Shown piece by piece: positions 38,401 to 52,800 of a stretch of 64,000 nucleotides of DNA. The DNA lies in the NCBI GenBank assembly GCA_964035575.1, contig OZ037845.1, positions 558,001 through 622,000 of the forward strand, written 5' to 3'. Made by a program: the position numbers and the translations under genes. The notes beneath the pieces are model-generated. The model was not told the origin of the DNA. It did no database searches and was given only the letters and a program-made list of their open reading frames with translations. The stretch's first letter is position 1, and every line of letters begins with the position of its first letter. The stretch comes from Rhynchopus sp. YZ270_cl-10. Its lineage: Eukaryota.

Positions 38401-39568
38401 GGTCCCGGCCCGTGTGGCTGAGAATAACTCGCACTCTGCCCGGGGAGTGCGGTACCAAGCCATAATGAACAAAAATAGTCTCCACCCCGCTTCCTTCGGT
38501 CTCGTCCCTTTCACCTCCCGCACAACAGAATAAATAATAATACACGGTGGTAGCAAAGTGCATTGCGTTGGCGCACTTGGGCAGGCCCTGACGGCACTGA
38601 GGAACGGAAAAAAAAAAAAAATCCGCGCCGCCCAGGGCTGCACCTTAAAAAAAAAATTTGCCTGCGGCGCCATTTTCCCTTTTTTTCTCTGCAAAAAAGG
38701 ATTCGCTGAGTGGCTTTGTGGTGTAAAAGCTGCATTTTTCATACTGTACCCTAATTTTTTTTCGCCTGCGGCGCCGTTTTATATTCATCCCGAACATTCA
38801 GGGTGCACGTAGCGCGTAGCGCGCCCGGGTTTAGGACCCCTTCTTGAATTTCGAGGGGGCGGTTCACGTTACAGTAGGTCCAGAATCATAGTTCAATTTA
38901 ACCCCGCTAAGCAACTCGCTGGTGGTAATGACCAAAACGTGTATCAGCCAAGAATTTGCCCATTTTTTTCAAAATGACCCCGTGACAGTGAGGGTAAAAG
39001 CTCGGAAAACCCGAAAAAGGCCAAAAAAACTCCCCGAAAAGGGAAAACCGAGAACATATTTCGGCAGGGGGGCAGCGTGTTCTCAGAAAAATCCAAAAAT
39101 TGCCTGTAAAAATCCTTAGAAAAAACCCGGGTGCCCGATCCAAAAAAATGGAAAAAACCCCAGGGTGCCCGCCCACCCCTGGATGATTGGTACCAGCCCC
39201 ACCAATTCCTTAAGGAGTTAAATTCCGATTTTTTTCATTTTTTTTTTGCGATTTTTTTGCTCAAAAATTGACGATACCCTGTTTTCGGGGCAAAACTCTC
39301 TAATTTTGGGCAGTTCAAAAAGTGTTTTTTACCTTTGCCAAAACTGAGATACAAAGGGGAAAAAAATGTTTTTCGCCAGCAAAAACTGAGAAATAGCCTA
39401 TTCAGGCAAAACTTTTTTTAAAACTTTTTTTTTGCGCGCGCGCGCGCATTTTTTTCCCAGAGTCAGCGAGCGGGAAACAAAAAAAAAAGTTGTGCCACCC
39501 TTACCCCCTCAAAAAAGACACTTCATATGTACACATTTGCAAGACGACTGGTTAGGAAGTTTGGTCAT

Positions 39569-42500
39569 CTAAATGTGTTTACAGATTCTTCGGAGGCATG
39601 GCACCCATCTTGTCGTCCTTGTTCTGGTCGGTGGCAACGGTGTGATCCACGTGCGGTTGGGAATATGTGGGACTCGAGACAGCAATGCAGGCCACACAGG
39701 ACGCGAAGCCAACACGCTTTCAGTTGATGTCTTGGGGTCATGATGTGCGTTGACCTGCGCTTCTGCTGCCTGTGTCTGCGCATTGTTCAGCCAAAATTGT
39801 GCGAAGAAGTGGTAGTAATCCTCAAAGTTTCCTGCGTGCACTACACCTATAACGTGATCCTTCAGATTGTCATCCTGCTTGCACAACGTGACCCAGTCTT
39901 CCGGAAAGGCCACGGTGGTGTGCCACAAGAACACATCAGTTTTGTCTGCTGATTTTTTGACCTCTTTCCACATCTTCCCCATGGGGGCACCCCTTTTGTT
40001 CTTGTGAAAATGTTTTCCTTTGCTGTGCTTTACCTGCAGCACCTCATTCACACCTTTGTGTAGTCGCAAAAAGATATCTCCGTGAGGTGCCTTCTCTGCG
40101 TTCTGGAATGCAGAGTCTGTGAACGGGGCACACTCATGGTGCAAGTTCTTCGGTGAAGATTTGCTCTGCATATTGTCCTTTTGTTTTGAGCCACGGGTCT
40201 GAGTGCGATGCACTGCAAAACGGGGCGTGAGGGGGGTGTTCGTGAACTCGCGACGGCTAGGCTCATTCATCCACTGTACACCTTTGTGCAGGAGCACCAC
40301 GCTCGTTGGTCCGGTGTCGTGCAGCTGAGAGAGGAGACACCTATACCACAGCACGAACGACTCGAAGGAAGCGCCGTCCTGCTTCTCCGCGAAGTTGTAC
40401 CCCTTGAGCAGGCTTCCCAGCATCGAGGAGTTAACAATAGCCCAGATGAGTGAAAGCCTGAGATATAAATTTTCCCCCTCCTTTTGAATATCCATGAGGC
40501 CCTTGGATAGGTGTGCTGCGAGGTCGGTGTCTTGCTTCAGAGGCACCTTCAGCAGCGCATATCTGAGCAGCATCGTTTGATCCTCCACGCTGGCAACAAT
40601 CCCGTTATACCGAATCTTAACTTGGTCACACACAATGCTGAGCAGCTCAGATTCGTCCTTCTCAGGGTGCTCTTTGGCGACGTTACAGAGTATCTCAACC
40701 GCGCGTCCATAACCTTTCACGATATCGAACAAATTTGTAGACCTACCCTTTGGCATGGTCTCGGGTTCTTTTGTGAGAAATGGGAGTTGCAAGTAGTGTG
40801 GGACCACGCTCGATCCCGTCAATGCATCCACCGCCGTCTTCTTTGCAGTCAGAGTGCATACGCTAAACAGGAAGAACGGAGATCCCATTTGACAGGACAG
40901 CATCACCTCTCGCAGGAAACTACGTATCCTACCGTTGCTCTCTGGGTCTGATACTAGCTCATTGTCCGACAAGTTGTGCACTCCGTCGATCATCAGCAGG
41001 CACACCACGTTAGTCGGGTACTGCTCTTCCTTTCCGAGATATTTGCACAGACGTTCTACAAGCTCGTCGAGAGTGAAGCCAGCTCTGTGGGCTTCGCTCC
41101 ACACCACGAAGGCTTTCATATCGTCAGTCGTATGACCCAGCAGATGGAAACAAATCCGATCGACCACAGCAGACTCAGACGGTCTTTCGTGTTCCTTCTG
41201 GTACGAGGTCCCATTCTCGAAGGACACGTTGAAGGTGAATACCGTCTTGCCCTCCGTTTTATGCGCCAACACCTCTGGCACCCTCATGAGAGCACGAGAC
41301 TTGCCCATGCCCAGACCTGCGCAGATGATTGCCTGTTCCATAGACTGCTTATCTCTTACTTTGGCATCAAATGCGGCATAGTTCTTCTCGAAGACGGCAC
41401 ACAACCCGATGTCGAGATCACCACCATTTTGGTATGTCCACGTCATGCCAGAAGACTTCGCCAATGCGTGTGGCTGCTGCAGACGTTCAGCCATTCCCTG
41501 TGTTTTAATAACCTCCTCCAGAGTGATTGCTCGCTTGCCTTGTTCGACCCGAATGTACCTGAGGTCCTCCCTAATAGTCGCCAGCTCCTGGCCAATAGTC
41601 GCCAGGCGCTGGCCAATAGTCACCAGGCGCTCGCTAACTCCCTGTTTGCGGGAGGGAAAAGGATGTGCAAAACTACAAACAATAACATCAAAAACACAGT
41701 TTACACCACACTGTACATCTCCACTGCCGACTTTGCAACCCCAACACAACATGTTGCGAATGGGCCATGCTAGAAAATAAAATACAAATGGTGTAAAAAG
41801 CAAGTAGACCACTCGTCATGCCTCCAAAAGTCCGAGGTACCCTACGCCACACAGACAGCACAACCACATGTAATGACCCACCTACTCAAAGGTTAAGTGA
41901 ATAAAAACAACAAAAATAAGGGTCATACCTCCTTCTCCGTCTCGAGCTTGCGGATTCTGGCGAGTACATCGGCCTCGCTTGGTGGGACAACCACAAAATA
42001 CTTCGCAGCAGCACCCAAGGCAGCGCGAGTAAACATTTTATGCTGAACACAACGGATCAAGAGATCAACGTGATCACTGAGCATCTCCTCCTTTGTGTAC
42101 AACTCCTTCTTCTCTGTCCGCAGCTCCTTCTTCTCTGTCTCCAGCTTCCTCACAACGTCTTCCTTTTCTGCAACAGAGTCTTTTAGACCAGCCATGGAAG
42201 AGGTAGCCTGTTGTTCATGCAAGGGCAGGGGTACACTTCCGTCATCCACACCAGGAGACATACTTGAAGAGAAAGGGGGTTGGGGAACAGAACAAAACAA
42301 AACGAATAAAAATAGGGAAAAACAAACGTTGCAGGGCAAGTGTTTGGGTATGCGGGCGGGGGTTGGGTTTTGTGTGAAGAGGAAGGGGAAGGGGAAGAAA
42401 AGAGTCTGCGCAGTGATGTGGTGTGTGAAATAGGTGAGGTGACGTGACGTGAACAACGTGACTAACGTGGCTTCGTGCAGTTGTTCTTTGTTCTTCGAAA

Positions 42501-42590
42501 AGAATGTGAGCTCTATCATGTCGGAGGTGCAGCTTCCTCACGCTGTGGTGCTTACCTTAAGAGGGGCCGCTGTGCTGCGAACACAGTCAT
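39569..42590 (-). CDS. CR-type NTPase-nuclease, copy 7 (~813 aa; A allele)
   Basis: Exons 42590-42556, 42262-41929, 41641-39569. Motifs intact. Confidence 0.8.
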
Positions 42591-43229
42591 CAAAAACGAG
42601 GAAATGGTACACCTGATAACCCCATTTGCGTACTTGTTGCGTACTTGGTGAAAGTACGGGGATTTTTTTTTTTTTTGATTTGTGGGTATTTTTATCCACG
42701 GTGCGCTGGTCAGAGGATACCTGGTAAGGGTAGAAAAGGGCTGGTTTGAATACTATATTAGAGGTTAACATCTAAAAACGGCTGCGTGGAGATCATACGA
42801 AACAAAAGCGAGGTGACCACAGAGTTGTCAATATATCAAAAAAAGAAGTAGAGGTGAAATACAAAGCCCTCTCGTGAACAATGTACCTTGGTACAATGAC
42901 CGGCTGTACCGGGGGATACCCAACCATGCAGTACGACATCCATTTCGTGGTTTACATCTGATATGTGCTACTCCCGCTTCCACTCATCAGCCAGATGGGG
43001 ATCATTGCAAAAACAGGAACGCGAATCCTGTGTGATGTAGGGTCTGGTTGGGGAAAAAAAATGAGGGTGTGGGTGGATACCTTTTTAATTTCTGGTCTGC
43101 CCTCCTGGGCTGTGTGTGTGTTTTTTTTTTGTGTTTTGTTTTTGCAAGGTTTTCTGGGTTTCGTTCACAATTCCCCCAACCCCCTCCCACAATACTCCTA
43201 CGCAGGATTCTTGTTTCTCTCCTACACAT

Positions 43230-43643
43230 CCCATCACGACTCGTGTCGTAGATGAAGTCCACCATGCCGTCCGTTGTGTCTTTGTACTGCTCGTAGACAC
43301 CAGGCATGCTGAAGACCTCCATCGACTTTGCGTTGTCGTCAATCCACCACCATCTGTCCCCGGCAAAGTCTTCTTCTGTTTCACGGGCGGCCTTTTCTTT
43401 TCCTATCTTTGCAACAAGTCTGTCATTGATGAAATTCACACCGGGAAGTGTTTACGGCGGGCTTGGCGACGGTCGTTGGGACAGGGAACCATCTATGTCC
43501 TGCATTCGTAGCTGCTCGTAGTATCTCTTGTACGGGCCCTGCAACGACTGAAACAAGAGCGACAGCGTTAGAAGAAACACCGCCACTCCGATAATTTTCC
43601 TGATGCTCACATGCTTCGCTGTGCGGGACACTCCTTTCCTCAT
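43230..43643 (-). pseudogene. Membrane-protein gene fragment, copy 4
   Basis: Same translation and TAA as 3909-4322 (offset 39,321). Confidence 0.6.
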
Positions 43644-44390
43644 GGTTTGGGTCACTTAGCCGAAATGGCCAAGTTCTTGGTTTTGGGCAAACCCCGCCCA
43701 AGCCCCCAACCCCAACCCCAAAAAAGGGATCTTTGAAATCCGGGTGAAATCGGGTGAAATTGGGCTCAGGTGGGCACAGGTGGGCTCTGGGGGGGCTATT
43801 GTGGGCTGGTCGCGGGACACCACATCATATTCTGTGAAAATTCACTGAAATTTTGTTCATTTTTCCGTGTCCCCACCACAAGCCGGGATTGGCTCGGAAA
43901 TGCAATAAAACTACCTATTGGGCGGAAAAAAACAACAGGAAACTTGCGCACTTTTTTTTGCCGTTCTTTTTCGAAAATTTTCAAACGCCCCAGAGTTAGG
44001 GTCGGGCCGAGTCGGCCGACTTTCTGATTTTCCGAACAGTCGTCCCGACTATAAATATTTTTTCGCTATATTTTCCCTTCCGTCTGACTGTTCTTCCCGC
44101 TTCCGCTTCCCTGATTCCATCCCCTTTGTCCTTTATGGTACTCGTCCCCTGTTTTTCTTTCTTCTTCAGCTTTTTCTTTTTCTTTTTCTTTTTCTCTTTT
44201 TCTTCCTCGTCTTCATCCGCCTTTTTTGCAGTACTACGGTAAGCGCAGACACATTTCCAAAAGAATGGGCGTTACTTTCTTTTTCATGAAGATAAGCGAA
44301 AACCCTGCTTGCCAGGTACATAAACACTGAATGCAGCTTGTCCAGCCTCACCTCACATTTTGCAAGACGGCTGGTTAGGCAGTTGGTCAT

Positions 44391-47300
44391 CTAACTGTGT
44401 TTACAGATTCTCCTGAGGAATGGCACCCATCTTGTCGTCCTTGTTCTGGTCGGTGGCAACGGTGTGATCCACGTGCGGTTGGGAATATGTGGGACTCGAG
44501 ACAGCAATGCAGGCCACACAGGACGCGAAGCCAACACGCTTTCAGTTGATGTCTTGGGGTCATGATGTGCGTTGACCTGCGCTTCTGCTGCTTGTGTCTG
44601 CGCATTGTTCAGCCAAAATTGTGCGAAGAAGTGGTAGTAATCCTCAAAATTTCCTGCGTGCACTACACCTATAACGCGATCCTTCAGATTGTCATCCTGC
44701 TTGCACAAAGTGACCCAGTCTTCCGGAAAGGTCGCAGTGGTGTGCCACAAGAACACATCAGTTTTGTCTGATGATTTTTCGACCTCTTCCCACATCTTCC
44801 CCATGGGGGCACCCTTCTCGTTCTCGCTGTGCTTTACCTGCAGCACCTCATTCACATCTTTGTCTAGTCGCAAAAAGATATCTCCGTAAGGTGCCTTCTC
44901 TGCGTTCTGGAATGCAGAGTCTGTGAACGGGGCACACTCATGGTGCGAGTTCTTCGGTGAAGATTTGCTCTGCATATTGTTATGAACATTTTGTTTTGAA
45001 CCACGGGTCTGAGTCTGACGCACTGCAAAACGGGGCGTGAGGGGGGTGTTCGTGAACTCGTGACGGCTAGGCTCATTCATCCACTGTACACCTTTGTGCA
45101 GGAGCACCATGCTCGTTGGTCCGGTGTCGTGCAGCTTAGAGAGGAGACACCTATACCACAGCACGAACGACTCGAAGGAAGCGCCGTCCTGCTTCTCCGC
45201 GAAGGTGTACCCCTTGAGCAGGCTTCCCGTCATCGAGGAGTTGACAATAGCCCAGATGAGTGAAAGCCTGAGATATAAATTTTCCCCCTCCTTTTGAATA
45301 TCCATGAGGCCCTTGGATAGGTGTGCTGCGAGGTCGGTGTCTTGCTTCAGAGGCACCTTCAGCAGCGCATATCTGAGCAGCATCGTTTGATCCTCCACGC
45401 TGGCAACAATCCCGTTATACCGAATCTTAACTTGTTCACACAGAATGCTGAGCAGCTCAGGTTCGTCCTTCTCAGGGTGCTCTTTGGCGACGTTACAGAG
45501 TATCTCAACCGCGCGTCCATAACCTTTCACGATATCGAACAAATTTTTAGACGCACCCTTTGGCATGGTCTCGGGTTCTTTTGTGAGAAATGGGAGTTGC
45601 AAGTAGTGTGGGACCACGCTCGATCCCGCCAATGCATCCACCGCCGTCTTCCTTGCAGTCAGAGTGCATACGCTAAACAGGAAGAACGGAGATCCCATTT
45701 GACAGGACAGCATCACCTCTCGCAGGAAACTACGTATCCTACCGTTGCTCTCTGGGTCTGATACTAGCTCATTGTCCGACAAGTTGTGCACTCCGTCGAT
45801 CATCAGCAGGCACACCACGTTAGTCGGGTACTGCTCTTCCTTTCCGAGATATTTGCACAGACGTTCTACAAGCTCGTCGAGAGTGAAGTCAGCTCTGTGG
45901 GCTTCGCTCCACACCAGGAAGCCTTTGAGCTTGTCAGTCGTATGACCCAGCAGATGGAAACAAATCCGATCGACCACAGCAGACACAGACGGCCTTTCGT
46001 GTCTCTTCTGGTACGAGGTCCCATTCTCGAAGGACACGTTGAAGGTGAATACCGTCTTGCCCTCCGTTTTATGCGCCAACACCTCTGGCACCCTCATGAG
46101 AGCACGAGACTTGCCCATGCCCAGACCTGCGCAGATGATTGCCTGTTCCATAGACTGCTTATCTCTTACTTTGGCATCAAATGCGGCATAGTTCCTCTCG
46201 AAGACGTCACACAACCCGATGTCGAGATCACCACCATTTTGGTATGTCCACGTCATGCCAGAAGTCTTCGCCAATGCGTGTGGCTGCTGCAGACGTTCAG
46301 CCATTCCCTGTGTGTTAATAACCTCCTCCAGGGTGATTGCTTGCTTGCCTTGTTCGACCCGAATGTACCTGAGGTCCTCGCCAATAGTCGCCAGCTCTTT
46401 GCCAATAGTCGCCAGCTCCTTGCCAATAGTCACCAGGCGCTCGCAAACTCCCTGTTTGCGGGAGGGGAAAGAATGTGCAAAACTACAAACAATAACATCA
46501 AAAACACAGTTTACACCACACTGTACATCTCCACTGCCGACTTTGCAACCCCAACACAGACATGTTGCGAATGGGTCATGCTAGAAAATAAAATACAAAT
46601 GGTGTAAAAAGCAAGTAGACCACTCGTCATGCCTCCAAAAGTCCGAGGTTCCCAACGCCGCACAGACAGCACAACCACATGTAATGACCCACCTACTCAA
46701 AGGTTAAGTGAATAAAAACTACAAAAATAAGGGTCATACCTCCTTCTCCGTCTCGAGCTTGGGGATTCTGGCGCGTACATCGGCCTCGCTTGGTGGGACA
46801 ACCACAAAATACTTCGCAGCAGCACCCAAGGCATCGCGAGTAAACGTTTTATCCTGAACACAACGGATCAAGAGATCAACGTGATCACTGAGCATCTCCT
46901 CCTTTGTGTACAACTCCTTCTTCTCTGTCCGCAGCTCCTCCTCCTCTGTCTCCAGCTTCCTCACAACGTCTTCCTTTTCTGCAACAGAGTCTTTTAGACC
47001 AGCCATGGAAGAGGTAGCCTGTTGTTCATGCAAGGGCAGGGGTACACTTCCGTCATCCACACCAGGAGACATACTTGAAGAGAAAGGGGGTTGGGGAACA
47101 GAACAAAACAAAACGAATAAAAATAGGGAAAAACAAACGTTGCAGGGCAAGTGTTTGGGTATGCGGGCGGGGGTTGGGTTTTGTGTGAAGAGGAAGGGGA
47201 AGGGGAAGAAAAGAGTCTGCGCAGTGATGTGGTGTGTGAAATAGGTGAGGTGACGTGACGTGAACAACGTGACTAACGTGGCTTCGTGCAGTTGTTCTTT

Positions 47301-47401
47301 GTTCTTCGAAAAGAATGTGAGCTCTATCATGTCGGAGGTGCAGCTTCCTCACGCTGTGGTGCTTACCTTAAGAGGGGCCGCTGTGCTGCGAACACAGTCA
47401 T
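44391..47401 (-). CDS. CR-type NTPase-nuclease, copy 8 (~809 aa; B allele, same protein as copy 2)
   Basis: Exons 47401-47367, 47073-46740, 46451-44391. ORF translations match copy 2 at an offset of 39,321. Confidence 0.8.
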
Positions 47402-47454
47402 CAAAAACGAGGAAATGGTACACCTGATAACCCCATTTGCGTACTTGTTGCGTA

Positions 47455-49808
47455 TTTCCCTCAGGAAATAAATTTGCCCCAGGAAATAAATTTCCCTCAG
47501 GAAATAAATTTGCCTCAGGCAATAAATTTCCTTCCAGGATATGCACCTGGGGAACTGGGTTGCATCCTGTATCTTAAATTTTTTTGCCTGCGGCACCATT
47601 TTTTCATTTTTTGCTCCGCAAAAAAGGGTTCGTTGAGTGACTCTGGTGACAGGGATTACGCTCCACGTGTGGAACGTATGGAAATCCATACGTGAATTGT
47701 TTTGAAAAGGTGGAATCCGTACGTGTCCATACGTGGTAATTTGGGTTTTGGATTGAGGCTGGGGTGGGGTTAGGTGAGGAGTGGGGGCACCTCTCACCTA
47801 CCCCCCACAGAATTCTATTTTTAGGAGGTACCCTAACTGTTCGGTCCAATTCGGTGTAATTCGGTCCATTTCGTTTTTTTTTTTTTTTCGCAAAGGGAAA
47901 TTTCCCCTTGTACCAGAAAAACCGAAAAAAACGAAATGAAAACCGAAAAAAACCGAAATGTTAGGGTACCTTTTTTGGTCGATTTCGTTTTTTTTCCAAA
48001 GGGGGGACCCTTTGGTCGCCGAAATTCCCCAGCCAAATTTGGTCGCAAAATCGGCCGATTTTTCAAAAATCTCAAAAAAAAAAAATTTTTTCACAAGTGT
48101 TTTTGAGGCCTGCTCACTACACCCTAGGCACCCTTCTGAGACCAAAAAGTCAAAAAAAGCATGAATTGGGCTGTTTTGAGCATCTAGAGTTTATTCCCCA
48201 GCCATTTTCTGTACCACCAGTGCACTTTGTATGGGCCAGCGCCTTGTCGAAAAATCGAAAAATCTCAAAAAAAAAAATTTTTTTTTTGGGAAAATTTCGA
48301 CCACTGAGGTGGGTCTTTGGGCACCAAAAAATGCAAAAAAAATGCAAAAATCGGGTGTTTTGACCATCTGTGGTTACACAAAACACACTTCTGTGTACAA
48401 GCCTACACCAATACAGTGGTAATACAAGGCGATTTTTGACCAAAAAAAAAAATTTTTTTTTCGCCCAAAATAGGGCGTGGTACGTCATAAAATGGCCCAA
48501 AACATCCAAGGAAAACCTTCGATTGGGCAAATTATGAAAAAAATTTTCAAGTCAAATTTTCAACCAAAATACGGTCATTTTGTTCACACAGTGATTCTAC
48601 GTCATGCTAGCTTCCTGTGCAGAACTCCAGCAATTCACCAATGCCGGCATCTATCTTTCCATTATCGCCATTGCACTTCGTTCACGCCATTGCACTTCGG
48701 TCATTTTGTGCATACCCTGTGACTGTGGTGGCTAGAGAACACGCACATGCAGACCCGTTCCTTGCAATTTCCAGTGTTGTGTTTATCAATGCATGCATCC
48801 AGAGGACCTCTGGTTTACGAAATCGTAGGCACTCCTGTGCAAAAATGAAGTCGGTTTTTGACCCAAAATCGGGGTGGGTGGGCCATAATTTGCTCCAAAT
48901 TTGGCCGAAAATTGGGATTTTTCTGAAAATTTTCATTGTGCCCAGCAAAAATCCTTGATTTTTTGAAGAATTTTCCAAAAAATATGCTATACCCCCTATG
49001 ACTGGACCCAACTCCCCTCACTATTTTTTCCCTAAAAAAGCCCCCAAAATTCCTACCATTTTTACCATTTTTACCATTTTTGACCAATTTAGGGTACCTC
49101 CTTAGAAGACAATTTTCTTCTATTTTACCGGAAAAGGAAGATGCACTGCGGCGCGAGCTTTCAACCCACCCTTCCCGCGACATAGTAGGCAATTTTAAGC
49201 GCAATTTTTAGAAATGTTGCGTACCGTGGCTTCGCTAGAAACTTTCGTTTTAGCAAAATATGGAAGTAAAATTTACGGAACTGGACGATAGTTACCAACA
49301 AAAGTGCCATTTTATGTCAACATTTTAAAGAAATGTTGCGTACCGTGGCTTCGCCAGAACCTTTGGGAAGCAATGAGGAGTGAGAAAGAAGGATAAGGGC
49401 AAAGAAAAAAGTAGCGTACCATGCGCCTGCGGCGCAAGCTTGCATTACATCCTTTCCATGACATAGTTTGGCTGTAAAAAAAGGTGCAATTGTAAGCGCA
49501 TTTTTTAGAAATGTTGCGTACCGTGGCTTCGCCACGAGTTTAACACTGAAAAGATGGGGAATATGCTTGAACGCGCTGTTGCCCTGTTTGTCAGTAACAA
49601 GCGTCACAGATTCAAGAGAAAACGGAGGTGTTCCTGCTGGCGGAGGAGTTGGAAAACGTCGCTCCCCCCGTATTTGTTTCCGGAATTGAGCTTCTGAGGA
49701 CCTTTTTCGCGCGAAGCGCGAAAAATTTTTTTTTGCCAAAAAGAAAGAAATTGGGCGTGGAATTCTAAAATTTTTCGGGAAAAACGGCATATTTAGCGAT
49801 AAGTATGT
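47455..49808. mobile_element. ~2.35-kb non-coding insertion upstream of copy 8
   Basis: Copy of 8134-10487 at an offset of 39,321. Confidence 0.45.
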
Positions 49809-52800
49809 TTGTGGGTATTTTTATCCACGGTGCGCTGGTCAGAGGATACCTGGTAAGGGTAGAAAAGGGCCGGTTTGAATCCTATATTAGAGGTTAACAT
49901 CTAAAAACGGCTGCGTGGAGATCATACGAAACAAAAGCGAGGTGACTACAGAGTTGTCAATATATCAAAAAAAGAAGTAGAGGTGAAATACAAAGCCCTC
50001 TCGTGAACAATGTACCTTGGTACAATGACCGGCTGTACCGGGGGATACCCAACCATGCAGTACGACATCCATTTCGTGGTTTACATCTGATATGTGCTAC
50101 TCCCGCTTCCACTCATCAGCCAGATGAACGGGGATCATTGCAAAAACAGGGACGCGAATCCTGTGTGATGTAGGGTCTGGTTGGGGGAAAAAAATGAGGG
50201 TGAGGGTGGGTACCTTTTTTATTCCTGGTCTGCCCTCCTGGGCTGTGTGTTTTTTTTTTTTTTTTTTTGTGTTTTGTTTTTGCAAGGTTTTCTGGGTTTC
50301 GTTCACAATTCCCCCAACCCCCTCCCACAATACTCCTACACAGGATTCTTTTTTCTCTCCTACGTATTGAGTTTTGGGGAATTTACTGTATTTTTTTTTT
50401 TATATTTTTTACTCAAAAAAGACGCCCATTGTTTACGCTAATAAATAAGAGAGACTAATTTTCCCTTTGGTTTAAAATGTTATGTTCGGATATTGCCTTT
50501 TGGTGTGGTTCTCTTTTTGTTTATTTGCTTCCTTTACGCACAATACCCTTCATTTCACACATAACACTTTTATACAGACCGATTCACACACTCCAAACTC
50601 CTTAACCACTTTTTTTCTATTTGTTATTTGCACCAGTCGCCCGAAGGCCTTTTTTTTTTGTTTTTGTAGTTTTTTTTTTTTCGCAAGATAAAGTGTGTAT
50701 CCTCCTGGAAGAGTAGAATGTCTTACAACACGGCACATAGATCACAAACCCATCCTCATGATCAGGCAGAGGTGAGATGGTCAGGAATCAGGCACTCATT
50801 AAAAATAATGTTGCACCCACCCTTTTGCTGCGGGTCTGATTGCCCGATCAAAGAGGGCTGATACAAAGCAAGTGTACTACAAGCTAGCAAAAGAAAAGAA
50901 AAAATGAAATAAAGGTTGTTTGTTGTTCGCTTCCACACCACTTCTGCACTCAGATTCAAGTCTTTTGGCTGTCCTTACAAGCGCCTGCCAAAACGCTCGC
51001 CTCGTGGGTGTGGACTTTTTTTTTTCCTTCTTCGACTTGATTTACGATATGGTTGTGTTTGCCTGAAGTACAGAAAGTGTCGTGGAGCACAGGGGGGAAA
51101 AGAGGGGGAAAACAAGCGGGGAGCGGGATACACAGACGCGCGACTTTTCACGAGGGTCTCGAGCTTTTGTCAAATACTACGTGTTTACCAAGCATGTCCT
51201 TAAATCGGGGGAAAATCAGGGATTTTCTGGTTTTCAAATCGCAAAACTGGAGAAGACATTTTTTTTGCTGTTGTAGGGCCGCAGTGCGGGTGGTCACATT
51301 TTTCTCTTCCCCCACCCCAGTGTCTTATCCAGGAATCCAGATTTCAAGGGGGTCAGCTTGTTTTGTTGCCCAATATTATTTCCAGCGCTGCTGGTCAGGG
51401 AAGACAGTGGGAACATTGGGAACTGTATAAAAAATGGCGCCGCAGGCGAAAAAAATTTAGGGCAGGGTGTAAAAATTTAGCTTTTTACACCACAGAGTCA
51501 CTCAACGAACCCTTTTTTGCGGAGCAAAAAAGGGAAAATCATGGATGTAGAAAGTACTTCACGTACTTTTTTTTGAAAAAAAAAAGTAAAAAAGTACGTG
51601 ACAAAAAATAAAAAAAAAACGTACATTTTCAGGAAAATTCGGAAAATTCCGAGATTTGGAAGCAATTTTTCTCCTGAAAATCAGTGGGTTTTCAGCCCCA
51701 AAACATACCGCGATTGGAATTTCCGGAATCCGTCCGCGCTGTGGTGGGGTCACTTTGCCGAAATGGCCAATTTTTTGGTTTTGGTCAAAATCCATGTGGG
51801 TAAAGAGGGCCAATGTAAATCCCACAACCAGATTTTCTCTCCCTGATCCTGAACGTCTTGCAACATGAAAATGCGCGAAAACACCGGCATTTGCATTTCC
51901 GGAATTCGTCCGTTCTGTGGTGGGGTCAATTTGCCGAAATGGACAAGTTCTTGGTTTTGGTCAAAACCCGTCAGTGTAAGGTAAAGGGGGCAAGTGTTTG
52001 CCTGTAGAAACTGGAAGGGAACAGGCAGCGCCGCAGGCGCACGGTAACCAACTTTTTTTTTTTTTTCCTTTTCTTTTTTTCTCCTCTTTCTTTTGACTTT
52101 CCGAGCCAATTGCGTTCCACGGCGGGGTCACATGTATATGCAAGTCCACTATGTGGTGGTCTTACTCAACAATATTAGAACTTCTGGTTTCTTAATGAAA
52201 TCCCCGTACTGCAAAAAAAAAAACGTTCCTACCAAAACCCCCAAAAATCCCGGGATGAGGGATGGACTTTAGCGCGAGCTCTGCCTGGGCTGTGTGTTTT
52301 TTTTTTTTTTTTTTTTGTGTTTTGTTTTTGCAAGGTTTTCTGGGTTTCGTTCACAATTCCCCCAACCCCCTCCCACAATACTCCTACACAGGATTCTTTT
52401 TTCTCTCCTACGTATTGAGTTTTGGGGAATTTACTGTATTTTTTTTTTTATATTTTTTACTCAAAAAAGACGCCCATTGTTTACGCTAATAAATAAGAGA
52501 GACTAATTTTCCCTTTGGTTTAAAATGTTATGTTCGGATATTGCCTTTTGGTGTGGTTCTCTTTTTGTTTATTTGCTTCCTTTACGCACAATACCCTTCA
52601 TTTCACACATAACACTTTTATACAGACCGATTCACACACTCCAAACTCCTTAACCACTTTTTTTCTATTTGTTATTTGCACCAGTCGCCCGAAGGCCTTT
52701 TTTTTTTGTTTTTGTAGTTTTTTTTTTTTCGCAAGATAAAGTGTGTATCCTCCTGGAAGAGTAGAATGTCTTACAACACGGCACATAGATCACAAACCCA